Origin: Promethearchaeota archaeon
GTDB taxonomy: Archaea; Asgardarchaeota; Heimdallarchaeia; Hodarchaeales; Hodarchaeaceae
Direction of reading: 5' to 3'
Length of the DNA: 64,000 nt
NCBI GenBank assembly: GCA_048938105.1
Contig: JBHLMN010000001.1
Span: 96,001-160,000 of the forward strand
This document shows positions 1 through 9,480 of this stretch, piece by piece. Made by a program: the position numbers and the translations under genes. Under the pieces are notes generated by a model. The model saw only the letters and a list, made by a program, of their open reading frames with translations. It did no database searches and had not been told where the DNA came from. Every line of letters begins with the position of its first letter. Within the stretch, counting starts at the first letter, position 1.

Positions 1-510
1 GATAATGGTTATATCGAACTTCAACCAATCACAAGAAACCAACTTAATCCAGTATTAAAACTTGCTAACCTAAAGAAAGTCCAATTATACACCGTCAATC
101 GTCGTCGATCATACACTTTTCAGGTTCCTTCATCTCTACCAGCAGAACGCCAACCCCTACCAACAAGAGAAATCTTAGTTGAAAAAGGAGTCAGTGGGGT
201 AAAAAGACGCCGAATCGTACGAATACAAAGTTCAAAAATCATTGATGAAGGCCGTAATATCCAGGTTACCTTACAAAATCGGAGTGGTAAAGTTTTAGAA
301 CGAGTTCAAGTACGGATAACTCTATTAGCAGGAGAATTGTTTGAATCACATAACTGGGAAACTACAATCCGCGAATGGTTCCCTGCAGAGGCTTTAGACT
401 TCGAATTTCCACGTTTTGATGACAATAGTGAGTATATAGTGAGTCTCACGGATACAGAAGGGAAGCTGTTAACAAAAAAAGTTGCTGTTGCAGATCTTTT
501 AGAAGAATAA
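1..510 (+). CDS. Hypothetical protein, 3' part (truncated by the window start); beta-rich C-terminal domain
   Basis: Frame 1 is open from base 1 (DNGYIELQP...) to TAA at 508-510 (...VADLLEE*). It is missing from the ORF track because its start lies outside the window. Confidence 0.75.
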   Translation, partial: DNGYIELQPITRNQLNPVLKLANLKKVQLYTVNRRRSYTFQVPSSLPAERQPLPTREILVEKGVSGVKRRRIVRIQSSKIIDEGRNIQVTLQNRSGKVLERVQVRITLLAGELFESHNWETTIREWFPAEALDFEFPRFDDNSEYIVSLTDTEGKLLTKKVAVADLLEE

Positions 511-538
511 AAAAACTAGCGATAATAGGAAATCTCTT

Positions 539-1441
539 TTATTCCTCTCTACTAGCTTCAATAATTAATTCCGCAAACACTTCCATATCTTTTAACAAAG
601 CTTCGATGTCCTCTGGAGGATCAATAGCTGCTCCTTCATCTACCATAATGAGAACTGCAAGCACAAAACTAAAAATGTGTAATTGTAATTTCTTTGTATC
701 AGAAACTGCGGAAAACGAAGCTGAATCACTTGTGAGGAAATTCTCCCGTAAGACATTACAAGAAAGAATATAATCACGCAAATCCTCACGGAGCTGGATT
801 CCCGTCGAAAAACCCTTGATACTGTGAGTAATAACATTCCCATTCACATCACTCACTATAATCTTTGAATTCAGCTTCATAAGGTGCTTTTGAGCATGCT
901 CAACACTATCTCTCAATTGATCAAAGTCTGAAATCAAAATTTGGCGAAAGACTTCACTTAATTCTTCTTGTCGATAAATGGATGTAATGAAAGATTCAGG
1001 TTCATATTCATGGATAAATGGTAATTCTCTGGCTTTGTCGAGATTCTCTTCAAGCTGTTCCTTAGGATATTCCTCAGTATCATACTTATGATAGAAAATA
1101 ATTAATCGGGGTTCTCCACCATTTTCCTTAATAGCGGAATACACCTGCTTGAAGTAATCATCTGCTTTGTTAAAATCCTCAGGATGATGGAGATCAAGGA
1201 CAAGAATTAAAACCGTGGTGTTGGCAAGAAGTTTGGGGGTCTCAAGGTAAGATTGGCGATATTTTTCTTGTCCACCAAAATCCCAGAGGGAAATTTGAAG
1301 ACCTAGATAGTTATGGGAGCGCGTTTCATACATGATAGTCGGCCCGAACTCCCTAGTCTGAATAGGGGTCATTCCACCTAATGTCGTTGAATAGATTGAC
1401 GTTTTACCACAACCACTTAGTCCAACAAGTGAAATCTTCAT
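539..1441 (-). CDS. Rag/Gtr-like small GTPase with C-terminal Roadblock-like domain
   Basis: G1 GLSGCGKT, G2 PTIMYE, G3 WDFGGQ, G4 HKYD, G5 TSI (HKxD and TSI are typical of Rag/Gtr). C-terminal IIVSDVNGNVI segment is Roadblock-like. Confidence 0.85.
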   Translation of the reverse strand: MKISLVGLSGCGKTSIYSTTLGGMTPIQTREFGPTIMYETRSHNYLGLQISLWDFGGQEKYRQSYLETPKLLANTTVLILVLDLHHPEDFNKADDYFKQVYSAIKENGGEPRLIIFYHKYDTEEYPKEQLEENLDKARELPFIHEYEPESFITSIYRQEELSEVFRQILISDFDQLRDSVEHAQKHLMKLNSKIIVSDVNGNVITHSIKGFSTGIQLREDLRDYILSCNVLRENFLTSDSASFSAVSDTKKLQLHIFSFVLAVLIMVDEGAAIDPPEDIEALLKDMEVFAELIIEASREE

Positions 1442-1697
1442 ATTTTATTCCTCAGTTCAAAACTAACCTAAGATATGTCTTCTTTAAAGCGAATTTGAAC
1501 AATATGACCGTTTGCCCTACATAAGGCACAAAGAATTTTAAATTTTCCTTATTTTGATAAAATTTAACTGCATTATGACCTTTAATGCAAACTTAATAAG
1601 ACAACGTAGAGGAAGAAAATATTTAGTTTATAACACCCGATAGCTAAGGCTAAAGGGTAATCTGAAAATTTTTCTTCTCCAAAAGGAAAAGAGAGCC

Positions 1698-3179
1698 GTG
1701 TCACGCAGTATAATTTCGAAATATACTAGGGATACTTTACATTTCATTGGCCAACCCATTTCCTTTTTGCTCAAGAAGCAAAGTATGGTTCTTTTTATTG
1801 CAGTTGCTGTAACGGAATGTGCATTTGCTTCATCAGCATTTGGTTTACCTCTATACCTTCAAGCATTGGGTAAAGAAAGTGGAACGACAACGGTGGGTAT
1901 CGAAACCGCAATTATTACAGCCACTTACTATTTCGTTTCATTATCAACTGCATCATTTTTCGGTTTAATTAGTGATCGTTATGGACGACGCCCATTTTTA
2001 ATCATTGGTACTGCCCTGTCAGGTATTTCCTTTATTATTTTTCCCATTATGTATCCTTATTATGCAACTGTTCCAGCTAGTTTTCTAGTTCTAGCCTTCT
2101 CGAATGGATTGAAAGGATTAGCTGCTGCTATGATCTCTGGACCAATATTGGCAGTAATTGCAGATTTATCCCCCGAAGAAAAGCATGGGGAAACAATGGG
2201 GAAATTCTATTTAGCAAAAGCTGCTGGGGGAGCTATTGGGAATCCATTTGGTTTAGTAGCATGGGCGATCTTTGAACATGACTCCTTCTTCTTCTTTGCA
2301 ATCATAATGTTCCTGGCTAGTTTAATTTATGCGTTTAGGTTCTTCGAACCTCATAGAGATTTAGCCTTGGATGATGAAACTGATATAATGCTAACAGATT
2401 TCACTCAAACTGTAACAGATTCAGAAATTGACATAAATCCATTTAAAACTATGCTTGAAAGTCTTCAAGACAAACAGTTTCGAAAATTCGCTATTGCATG
2501 GTTAGCTTATACCTCACTTATAGGAGCTAGCACTTTTGTAGCACCTACTATAATATTTGACCTCGGTATAGAGGTAGGACCTATTATTATAGTAATTGGT
2601 ATTCTTGCGATTGGTATTATGGGAATAATGCAACCTGTATTAGGTAGACTTTCTGATAATATAGGGAGAAAACCCTTCTTGGTAATTGGAGTTGTTGGTA
2701 CTAGTATGCTTTTAGTAACGCTTGCTTCCATCCTTGATTATAAATCTGTAAATGGAACACAAGTATGGGAACTTTCCGAATTATCTGATCTGATAACAAA
2801 TCCATTCTCATTAACAGATACAATTTCCATGAATCTGATCCCTGAAAATCCACTTCCAATCCCTCATCTCCTTGTTATCTTAATGATTATAGTCTATGGT
2901 CTCTCCGCCTCTTGTTTTATTTCAGCTGCCTTAGGTCTAGTTAGTGACGTAACTAAATCGGGACAGCGGGGTCGTGAAATGGGATTTACTCAATCAATTA
3001 TGGCTTCAGGTAACATCATAGGGGCCATTATTGGCGGATACTTTGTTAGTCTTGGACCGGAAGGCATTATTGGCCTTTTAAGTTTTTGTTTTGGACTCAG
3101 TTTGATTGCCATAATCATCATTGTTCTATTTCTATACGAAACAAGTGGTTTTTACCACTTTACTCACAAATTAGTCTAG
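1698..3179 (+). CDS. MFS transporter
   Basis: About 12 hydrophobic segments, with MFS motif A in both halves (GLISDRYGRR, GRLSDNIGRK). Confidence 0.92.
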   Translation: MSRSIISKYTRDTLHFIGQPISFLLKKQSMVLFIAVAVTECAFASSAFGLPLYLQALGKESGTTTVGIETAIITATYYFVSLSTASFFGLISDRYGRRPFLIIGTALSGISFIIFPIMYPYYATVPASFLVLAFSNGLKGLAAAMISGPILAVIADLSPEEKHGETMGKFYLAKAAGGAIGNPFGLVAWAIFEHDSFFFFAIIMFLASLIYAFRFFEPHRDLALDDETDIMLTDFTQTVTDSEIDINPFKTMLESLQDKQFRKFAIAWLAYTSLIGASTFVAPTIIFDLGIEVGPIIIVIGILAIGIMGIMQPVLGRLSDNIGRKPFLVIGVVGTSMLLVTLASILDYKSVNGTQVWELSELSDLITNPFSLTDTISMNLIPENPLPIPHLLVILMIIVYGLSASCFISAALGLVSDVTKSGQRGREMGFTQSIMASGNIIGAIIGGYFVSLGPEGIIGLLSFCFGLSLIAIIIIVLFLYETSGFYHFTHKLV

Positions 3180-3228
3180 CCTATCTAACACAGTAATTAA
3201 AATAAATTCTCTAAAGTGATTTGTAGCC

Positions 3229-3576
3229 TCAATAGAAGTCTTTGAGCTTTAGATTTTTCCTCATTTTTTTATCAAGCATTCCTCGATATTTCAAGGGATC
3301 TTCTTCGATATACTTCCTATTAGGCTGTTCTTTCCGTCGAGGTTTCTGTTTTTTCATCTTTTGAGAACAAACACCTGTTGTAACATCTAAGGCTGAAGGC
3401 CGAAAAAAACAAAGTGCATATTTACATTTATAGCCTATACATTCGTCACCTTCAACCATTCGACAAAGAATTTTCTTCTCACCGTGTTTGCGTGTGATCA
3501 TTAAGAATCGTTCACTGCATTTAAAAAATTTACATGTAGTATCACACAATACATTCCGAGATTGGCTTTGTTGCAA
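3229..3576 (-). CDS. Small Cys-rich, probably metal-binding, hypothetical protein with basic C-terminus
   Basis: CDTTCKFFKC...C...CIGYKCKYALC...C pattern and a Lys/Arg-rich tail. Confidence 0.7.
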   Translation of the reverse strand: MQQSQSRNVLCDTTCKFFKCSERFLMITRKHGEKKILCRMVEGDECIGYKCKYALCFFRPSALDVTTGVCSQKMKKQKPRRKEQPNRKYIEEDPLKYRGMLDKKMRKNLKLKDFY

Positions 3577-3773
3577 GAATCGAACGCTCCAACACTAGAA
3601 CAAAAAAGAAACGAGCTTTTTTTTTTCAGCGAACTATCAGTTTTTTCTTAATAGAAGTTTATACACTTCTTATCAAGGACTTATATAAAAAGATTTATTT
3701 GATGAATCGTAAATCTTTACACTTGCAATTGTGTAATTATTTCTATGTGTAAGTTTTCGAGAGGTCTATCCTA

Positions 3774-4778
3774 ATGAGTCACTACTTAAAACAATTGAAA
3801 ACTCAGAGTTCTCGGAAAATAATACTTTTAGGTCTTTCGCAAGCAGGAAAAACATCTATTCGTGATGTAGTCTTTGAAGGGAAAGCACCTGAAGAAACTC
3901 AAAATTATGCAGCGACTTTGAACTATGAACGGCAGATTGAGCAAGTTGCGGATGAGCCAATCACCGTTATGGATTTGGGAGGACAGGAAGTCTTCTTGAA
4001 GCGTTTTTTGAGTAGTATGAGTTCGTTTATCTTCAGTAATGTTGCTGTGTTAGTTTTTATATGTGATATTGCGACTCCTGAGAAATTTCCCGCTTCACTA
4101 AAAGCATTTGTTGAAGGTGTTACTCGGTTAGAAGAGATGTCAGACGTGCAACCCGCTATTTATGTCCTGTTACACAAGACAGATCTTATGCCCGACCTTA
4201 CACAAAGGGCTGAAAGGATGGAATTCTTGATGGAAATGTTTCAGGATGCGGCAGCAACAAAGAGTATAACATTTTTGCAAACATCTATATATGACAATTC
4301 AATTCATGAGGCATTTAAGCGAATAACTGCAGAGGCAAGTGAAGTCATTCCTGAAGTAGAAGATATAGAAAAAGAAGAAGATTTAGAAGCTATTAAACAG
4401 AAACTTAGACTTCGACCGATCCAACAGGTTCTTCACACACTCAAGTTTATGAATCGTCTGGATGAGGTCATTTTAATATCATTAGATGATCCAAACTTTA
4501 AGATTAACGCATCAGAATTAGAGGATAATGAAATCAGGCATATATTGACTCTCTTAGACAAATCAAACGACCTAAGATTAGTTACTGGTTCAAAATCCGA
4601 ATTAGAGCGATTAGGATCAGTAATGATGTATAAATCCAAGATTCAACCGAATCATTTGTTGATTCTAATCTCTAGAGACGATAAATCAATGCTAGAAACT
4701 AGAAACCTTCAAGAAATTGAAGAAACCGTTGATCTTCTATCTAATCAACTTGAATCAATGCTTAAAACACCAATTTAG
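3774..4778 (+). CDS. Rag/Gtr-like small GTPase with C-terminal Roadblock-like domain
   Basis: RKIILLGLSQAGKTSI, YAATLNYE, MDLGGQ, IFSNVAVLVFICD, HKTD, TSIYD, all closely resembling RagA/Gtr1 motifs. Confidence 0.9.
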   Translation: MSHYLKQLKTQSSRKIILLGLSQAGKTSIRDVVFEGKAPEETQNYAATLNYERQIEQVADEPITVMDLGGQEVFLKRFLSSMSSFIFSNVAVLVFICDIATPEKFPASLKAFVEGVTRLEEMSDVQPAIYVLLHKTDLMPDLTQRAERMEFLMEMFQDAAATKSITFLQTSIYDNSIHEAFKRITAEASEVIPEVEDIEKEEDLEAIKQKLRLRPIQQVLHTLKFMNRLDEVILISLDDPNFKINASELEDNEIRHILTLLDKSNDLRLVTGSKSELERLGSVMMYKSKIQPNHLLILISRDDKSMLETRNLQEIEETVDLLSNQLESMLKTPI

Positions 4779-4788
4779 AGGAGTAAAT

Positions 4789-5715
4789 TTGCGTCAAAAC
4801 CTTATCGCGCTGTCAGGATTATCCCATTCAGGAAAGGATCTTCTATTCAACCAACTCATGAAGCTAGGGAGGTCTGAACCTGATCTAAAGATTTTACAGA
4901 ATGTAGTCTTCTTTGATTGGTTAAACACGTCTTTTAAAAAAGAAGACATGTATTTTGAAACTTTACTTCCATCTATTCGTGAAAAGATCTTAATGAAAAT
5001 AAATACTCTGATTTATGTCCATGACATCTCATACCAACTACTAGATGAGATATCCACTGACTTTCAGAATATAACTTCCAATATCAGTACTATTAATAAA
5101 AACTATCAAGTGGTTCTTTTATTAAATCGAGGACATTTAATCCATAATGAAGCAGAGCGTAATAAGGTAAAGAATGTAGTTATTGCGCGCTTGCAAGAAT
5201 TTTTTCCTCAAGAAATTCCCTCTTACATTGTTTCGCTTAAGGGACCAGATGAACAAAGATTAACTAACCATATTTTTACACAAATAATCAAAAAAGCCTC
5301 CGAATTTAGCAAACAACTTTACTTTGAAGAACAGTTGAATCTAGATCAAGAAAAACAGCTTCAAGTCGAGAATATTTTGAGTGAGAAAATGAACACCTAT
5401 GGTTTCGCTGGAGCTTTTTTATTGTCTCGAAACCATAACATTATTCTAGCTAAAGGAAAGAGTCAAAGCTGGCAGGAGAAGGTTGGACCCCAAATTATTC
5501 GCATGTTAGATCAATATGAAGCATTTGATGTTACTCCGCAGGCAAAAATGAACATTCTTCGAATTGAAGATTTTTTAATGTTAACTCAAACTATTACTAA
5601 AGGAATGAAATTGATATTAATTGGAATAGAACCTACACTTAATCTTGAATCCTACAGCACTATAGAACAAATATGCCTCGAGATATCAAATGAGCTTATT
5701 TCAAAGCTGAATTGA
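4789..5715 (+). CDS. Degenerate (pseudo) Rag-like GTPase with C-terminal Roadblock-like domain
   Basis: P-loop GLSHSGKD (S/T replaced by D), no DxxG, G4 position reads NRGH, yet TLIYVHD and the strand pattern of the G-domain are retained. Start re-called to TTG 4789, which has GAGGAG upstream and avoids overlap with the previous gene. Confidence 0.7.
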   Translation: MRQNLIALSGLSHSGKDLLFNQLMKLGRSEPDLKILQNVVFFDWLNTSFKKEDMYFETLLPSIREKILMKINTLIYVHDISYQLLDEISTDFQNITSNISTINKNYQVVLLLNRGHLIHNEAERNKVKNVVIARLQEFFPQEIPSYIVSLKGPDEQRLTNHIFTQIIKKASEFSKQLYFEEQLNLDQEKQLQVENILSEKMNTYGFAGAFLLSRNHNIILAKGKSQSWQEKVGPQIIRMLDQYEAFDVTPQAKMNILRIEDFLMLTQTITKGMKLILIGIEPTLNLESYSTIEQICLEISNELISKLN

Positions 5716-6533
5716 ATCATAAAGCCTGTGAAAAGATGAAGCAAATGATTTCTGGACTTATTGTAACTGCGATGACCGATATGGGGCCATATCCTGTACT
5801 TAACTTATCCCCAATCTCTGAGGACACAACGGTTAAACTAAGTGTCATAGGAATGACTATCCTCTCTATGGGAGCAGGAACAGTAGCAGAAAAACAGCAT
5901 TATCGTTTACATGGTTCCATACCTATTCCTGATTCTCCCACTTTAGAAGCCTTGGCAATGTCTTTCACGGTTACTCCAACAAAGACCAGTGATGTACGCA
6001 TTGACCAACATGGCCGTGAATCAACCATCTGGTTATTATTCGAGTCTAAAGATCGTAATCGTATTTTTCTTCAACATAGTTCCATCGAGAAAGCCCTAAA
6101 AGAGGAAATTAGTACTATCCACATCGAAGATAACCTCTCTGATCCTACTATCATGAACCGAATTCTTGATCGTATTAAAGAAATGCTTAGTACGGCAGAA
6201 ATCCCTACAGAGACACCCTATTATATTCCTGAAAGAGGAGGATTGGAATTCTATACTATCAATGCAGATGGTGACCTAATCGAACTGGAAACTAGTGTTG
6301 ACCTCAGTGCTTATTCTATATTGATGGTAATCAATGCTGTTGTTAAACGAATATTTCTAATAAAACTAGATGATTCTACCCCCCAGCGACTCATGTTTTT
6401 AGCCGGCCGATCAGCTTCAAACCTAAATGTAAACCGCTTTAAAAATGAGTTTACGATTCGTGATGTATCAGATCCAATCGAACGTGATATGATTCTTGAA
6501 AAAATTGGGATCATTCAAAAGATTGGCGTTTAA
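5712..6533 (+). CDS. Hypothetical protein: putative N-terminal longin/uDENN-like domain and C-terminal gelsolin-like domain
   Basis: N-terminal LIVTAMTDMGPYPV resembles the longin/uDENN start. C-terminal DLSAYSILMVINAVVKRIFLIKLDDSTPQRLMFLAGRSASNL resembles a gelsolin repeat. TTGA overlap with the upstream gene. Confidence 0.55.
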   Translation: MNHKACEKMKQMISGLIVTAMTDMGPYPVLNLSPISEDTTVKLSVIGMTILSMGAGTVAEKQHYRLHGSIPIPDSPTLEALAMSFTVTPTKTSDVRIDQHGRESTIWLLFESKDRNRIFLQHSSIEKALKEEISTIHIEDNLSDPTIMNRILDRIKEMLSTAEIPTETPYYIPERGGLEFYTINADGDLIELETSVDLSAYSILMVINAVVKRIFLIKLDDSTPQRLMFLAGRSASNLNVNRFKNEFTIRDVSDPIERDMILEKIGIIQKIGV

Positions 6534-6549
6534 ATGAGGTCTAGTAAAA

Positions 6550-7479
6550 ATGTCTTATCTTGCGAGGAAAAAAACAAGTAAAATTCTGATCTTAGGGTTA
6601 GCAAAATCAGGAAAATCAACTATCATACGAGTGGTAACAGAAGGAATAATCCCCTCGAAAGACGAAAATTATCATGCTACCATTGATTATGAACGCAAAC
6701 AAAAGGTCATTGCTGGCACAGAGCTCACTCTTTTCGATTTAGGGGGGCAGACAGCCTTCCTTGACCGGTTCACTGGAGAATTATCAGAATTTATTTTTAG
6801 CGGAGTTAGAACTTTGGTGTTTGTGGTTGATTCAATCGAAATAAAAGATATTTCAAGGGCAAAATATTACTTAGATTTATCATTAAAGAAATTAGCCCAA
6901 TTTAGTCCTGAAGCTTCTGTCTTCATCTTTCAACATAAAACAGACCTGATTCCTAAAAAGCTTCAAGATGAAGTCAGAAAAACAATCAGGGATTATCTCT
7001 CAACAGGAGTTTCTCAACAGCTTAAATTTTATTCAACTTCCGTTTTTTCTGACTCTGTCTTTAAAGCGATGGGAGATGTATACGCTGAAGCCAGTGGTGC
7101 ACGTAAAACTCTAAGACCATTACTAGAAACCTTCATTCGCCATAATGCGGCAGATATGGCACAGATATTCACAAAGGAAGGCGCACCCCTAACACAAGTG
7201 AAGGATATCTCAAAATTTGACCATATATCTTTATCAGAGGTAAAAAACTTTTTTGACGCAGTTGTAGAACGCTTAGCAAATTCTGAAAGCCAAAGATCAA
7301 CATCTGTTCTTGTAGAATCAGATCGCCGTGTATTCATCATTAGATTTATGGAGAGTGGTTTAGCTTTATTCTTTGGATTTCCTAAAGAACGCCTCAGGGA
7401 GAAAAATGAGCAAATCCCTTCTCTTTATAACAAAGTACTCGCATTCAGTTCTCAATTAAAAAGTATGATAGAATCTTAG
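6550..7479 (+). CDS. Rag/Gtr-like small GTPase with C-terminal Roadblock-like domain
   Basis: KILILGLAKSGKS, YHATIDYE, FDLGGQ, IFSGVRTLVFVVD, HKTD, TSVF. C-terminal AQIFTKEGAPL segment is Roadblock-like. Confidence 0.9.
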   Translation: MSYLARKKTSKILILGLAKSGKSTIIRVVTEGIIPSKDENYHATIDYERKQKVIAGTELTLFDLGGQTAFLDRFTGELSEFIFSGVRTLVFVVDSIEIKDISRAKYYLDLSLKKLAQFSPEASVFIFQHKTDLIPKKLQDEVRKTIRDYLSTGVSQQLKFYSTSVFSDSVFKAMGDVYAEASGARKTLRPLLETFIRHNAADMAQIFTKEGAPLTQVKDISKFDHISLSEVKNFFDAVVERLANSESQRSTSVLVESDRRVFIIRFMESGLALFFGFPKERLREKNEQIPSLYNKVLAFSSQLKSMIES

Positions 7480-7596
7480 GTTACATCTACTAGATTAGTA
7501 ATCAAAAATCACCTAGGTAGTCACCACAAGATTTGCGGTACAATGTATCTATAAAGCTCTTAAAATCTGGATAAATGAATTTTCTTAGAACATACA

Positions 7597-8151
7597 ATGA
7601 ACTGTAAACTTTTACACCTGATTTTTGATAAAAGAGATCAATTTCACTTCTCATTTAACCGAGATGCGCAAGTAGAAGCAATTCTTGAGTTGGGACGGGT
7701 GAAAAGAATCAGTATTGACTTTTTATCTGATATATGCCATCATCCGAAACATCCAAGTCGGATTTTTTGGCATGAAATTCCAATAGTTTGTATCAGATGC
7801 TTTGGAATCCAATGTGATTTTGAAGTGCTTGATAATACACACAACATCCTATTCCAACTCATTCAACCTGTGATCCAACTTCCTGCAGTACGATATATTG
7901 CAATATTAGTCAATCTTGCGCTACCAGGGTGGAAAAGTCATCAAGAGTTTATTATGATCCTCAATCGTGTGGGAAAATTATTACTTATCCCTTGTGAAAT
8001 AGCTCTAACCCCATTAGAACTACTAAAAATTAAGAAAAACTGGAGAATTCGAGTTAATAAGTTGATTGAGTTAAAGAATAATTATAAGTTGTTGGATGCC
8101 ATTGCGCCTCGGTTATTTCCAAACAGTGAATTTCGAATATTTATCCAATAA
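7597..8151 (+). CDS. Hypothetical protein
   Basis: 184-aa ORF filling the gap between co-oriented genes; no motif recognised. Confidence 0.55.
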   Translation: MNCKLLHLIFDKRDQFHFSFNRDAQVEAILELGRVKRISIDFLSDICHHPKHPSRIFWHEIPIVCIRCFGIQCDFEVLDNTHNILFQLIQPVIQLPAVRYIAILVNLALPGWKSHQEFIMILNRVGKLLLIPCEIALTPLELLKIKKNWRIRVNKLIELKNNYKLLDAIAPRLFPNSEFRIFIQ

Positions 8152-8213
8152 ATGATTTCTAGCTAACGATCAAATGAAGTCGAAATGTGGTAGCTCATCC
8201 TTCTTAAAGTAAA

Positions 8214-9464
8214 ATGTTCGTATCAAAGGGTTTATCAAGTGTCTTTGACCACGAGGGACATGAAATTCATATGTATGATATCTTCAATAGTAAGGGATTT
8301 GGGGTTTTTTCACAAATTGATGGAATAATCAGTAAATACTTCACTATTACGTCTATTTCTTACAAACAAATGGCTCAAACCAAAAGAACTTTACAGGTAG
8401 AAGTCATTCCAGCCTATGAAATACTCCGCCGAAGTGATTTGACGTCTAACATGCAAACAGTTAACCTGGAGCTTAAACAATTAGGTTTCATGCCTCTTTT
8501 GCGTCGTCATCCGAATATTGAATCACGAGGGATGTTGTATGTTTTTCCTATCAGCGATAAAATGAGGACAACAAAACAAAAGCTAACCACTCCTCTTATT
8601 CTCTTTGGACTCACTGTATTATCCGTGTTATTTGTAGGATTTATGAGCTGGGACGTATTACAACAGATTCAACCAGACCTTGATCCCCTTGTTACCAGCC
8701 TCCTGTATACTATTGGTTTAATTGGAATTGTCGGGATTCATGAAGTTGGCCATATGTTTGCATCAAAGATGCATGGAATTAACGCAAGTTGGCCTTATTT
8801 TCTACCCTTTCCTTTTGGTTATGGAACATTTGGAGCTTTTATCTCCCAAAAGACTCCTATAAGATCAAGAAATGATCTCTTTGACGTTGGACTTGCAGGA
8901 CCAATTTTTGGTTTAATTCCCTCTATTTTTTTCACCATTTTAGGTTTAATGATTTCTATTGTTGTTGATAGCTCTCTCATCCCCGAAAATTTTGACAGCT
9001 CCCCATTTGCCTTGGACTTTAGGTTATTTAGTGACACCAGATTCCGAATTCTTCTGTTTGAAGCTCTAGCATCCTTTATAATTCCGAATAAAGGAGGAAA
9101 TACGCAGATTATTCTTCACCCTCTAGCATTTGCAGGATACATCGGCCTTTTAATAACAGGATTGAACTTGATTCCAATTGGTCAACTCGATGGTGGACAT
9201 GTCGCTAGAAGCTTGTTTTCGGAAAATAATCATCGTGTCTTGACTTATATCAGTGCAGGACTGATGATTCTTCTAGGTTTTTGGATGTTTGCGATCCTAA
9301 TCCTCTTAATGTATTCGCAAACAGGTCACGCTGGTCCTCTAGATGACCTTTCTTCCGTCACACTTAGTCGCAAAATTATGGCTGGTTTTTCGATTCTCCT
9401 CGCATTACTATGTTTACCCATTCCTGTTGGAACTTTTAAATTGATTTTTCCTTTTTTCAGCTAA
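8214..9464 (+). CDS. Site-2 protease (M50 family intramembrane zinc metalloprotease)
   Basis: HEVGH zinc motif, GLAGP, LNLIPIGQLDGGH, multiple TM segments. Confidence 0.93.
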   Translation: MFVSKGLSSVFDHEGHEIHMYDIFNSKGFGVFSQIDGIISKYFTITSISYKQMAQTKRTLQVEVIPAYEILRRSDLTSNMQTVNLELKQLGFMPLLRRHPNIESRGMLYVFPISDKMRTTKQKLTTPLILFGLTVLSVLFVGFMSWDVLQQIQPDLDPLVTSLLYTIGLIGIVGIHEVGHMFASKMHGINASWPYFLPFPFGYGTFGAFISQKTPIRSRNDLFDVGLAGPIFGLIPSIFFTILGLMISIVVDSSLIPENFDSSPFALDFRLFSDTRFRILLFEALASFIIPNKGGNTQIILHPLAFAGYIGLLITGLNLIPIGQLDGGHVARSLFSENNHRVLTYISAGLMILLGFWMFAILILLMYSQTGHAGPLDDLSSVTLSRKIMAGFSILLALLCLPIPVGTFKLIFPFFS

Positions 9465-9480
9465 AATCCAAGGCTAAATT

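Noticed and set aside
4717-4788. ORF-track N-terminal extension of the pseudo-GTPase
   Set aside because: Overlaps the upstream gene; TTG 4789 has a good SD and places the P-loop at the expected position.
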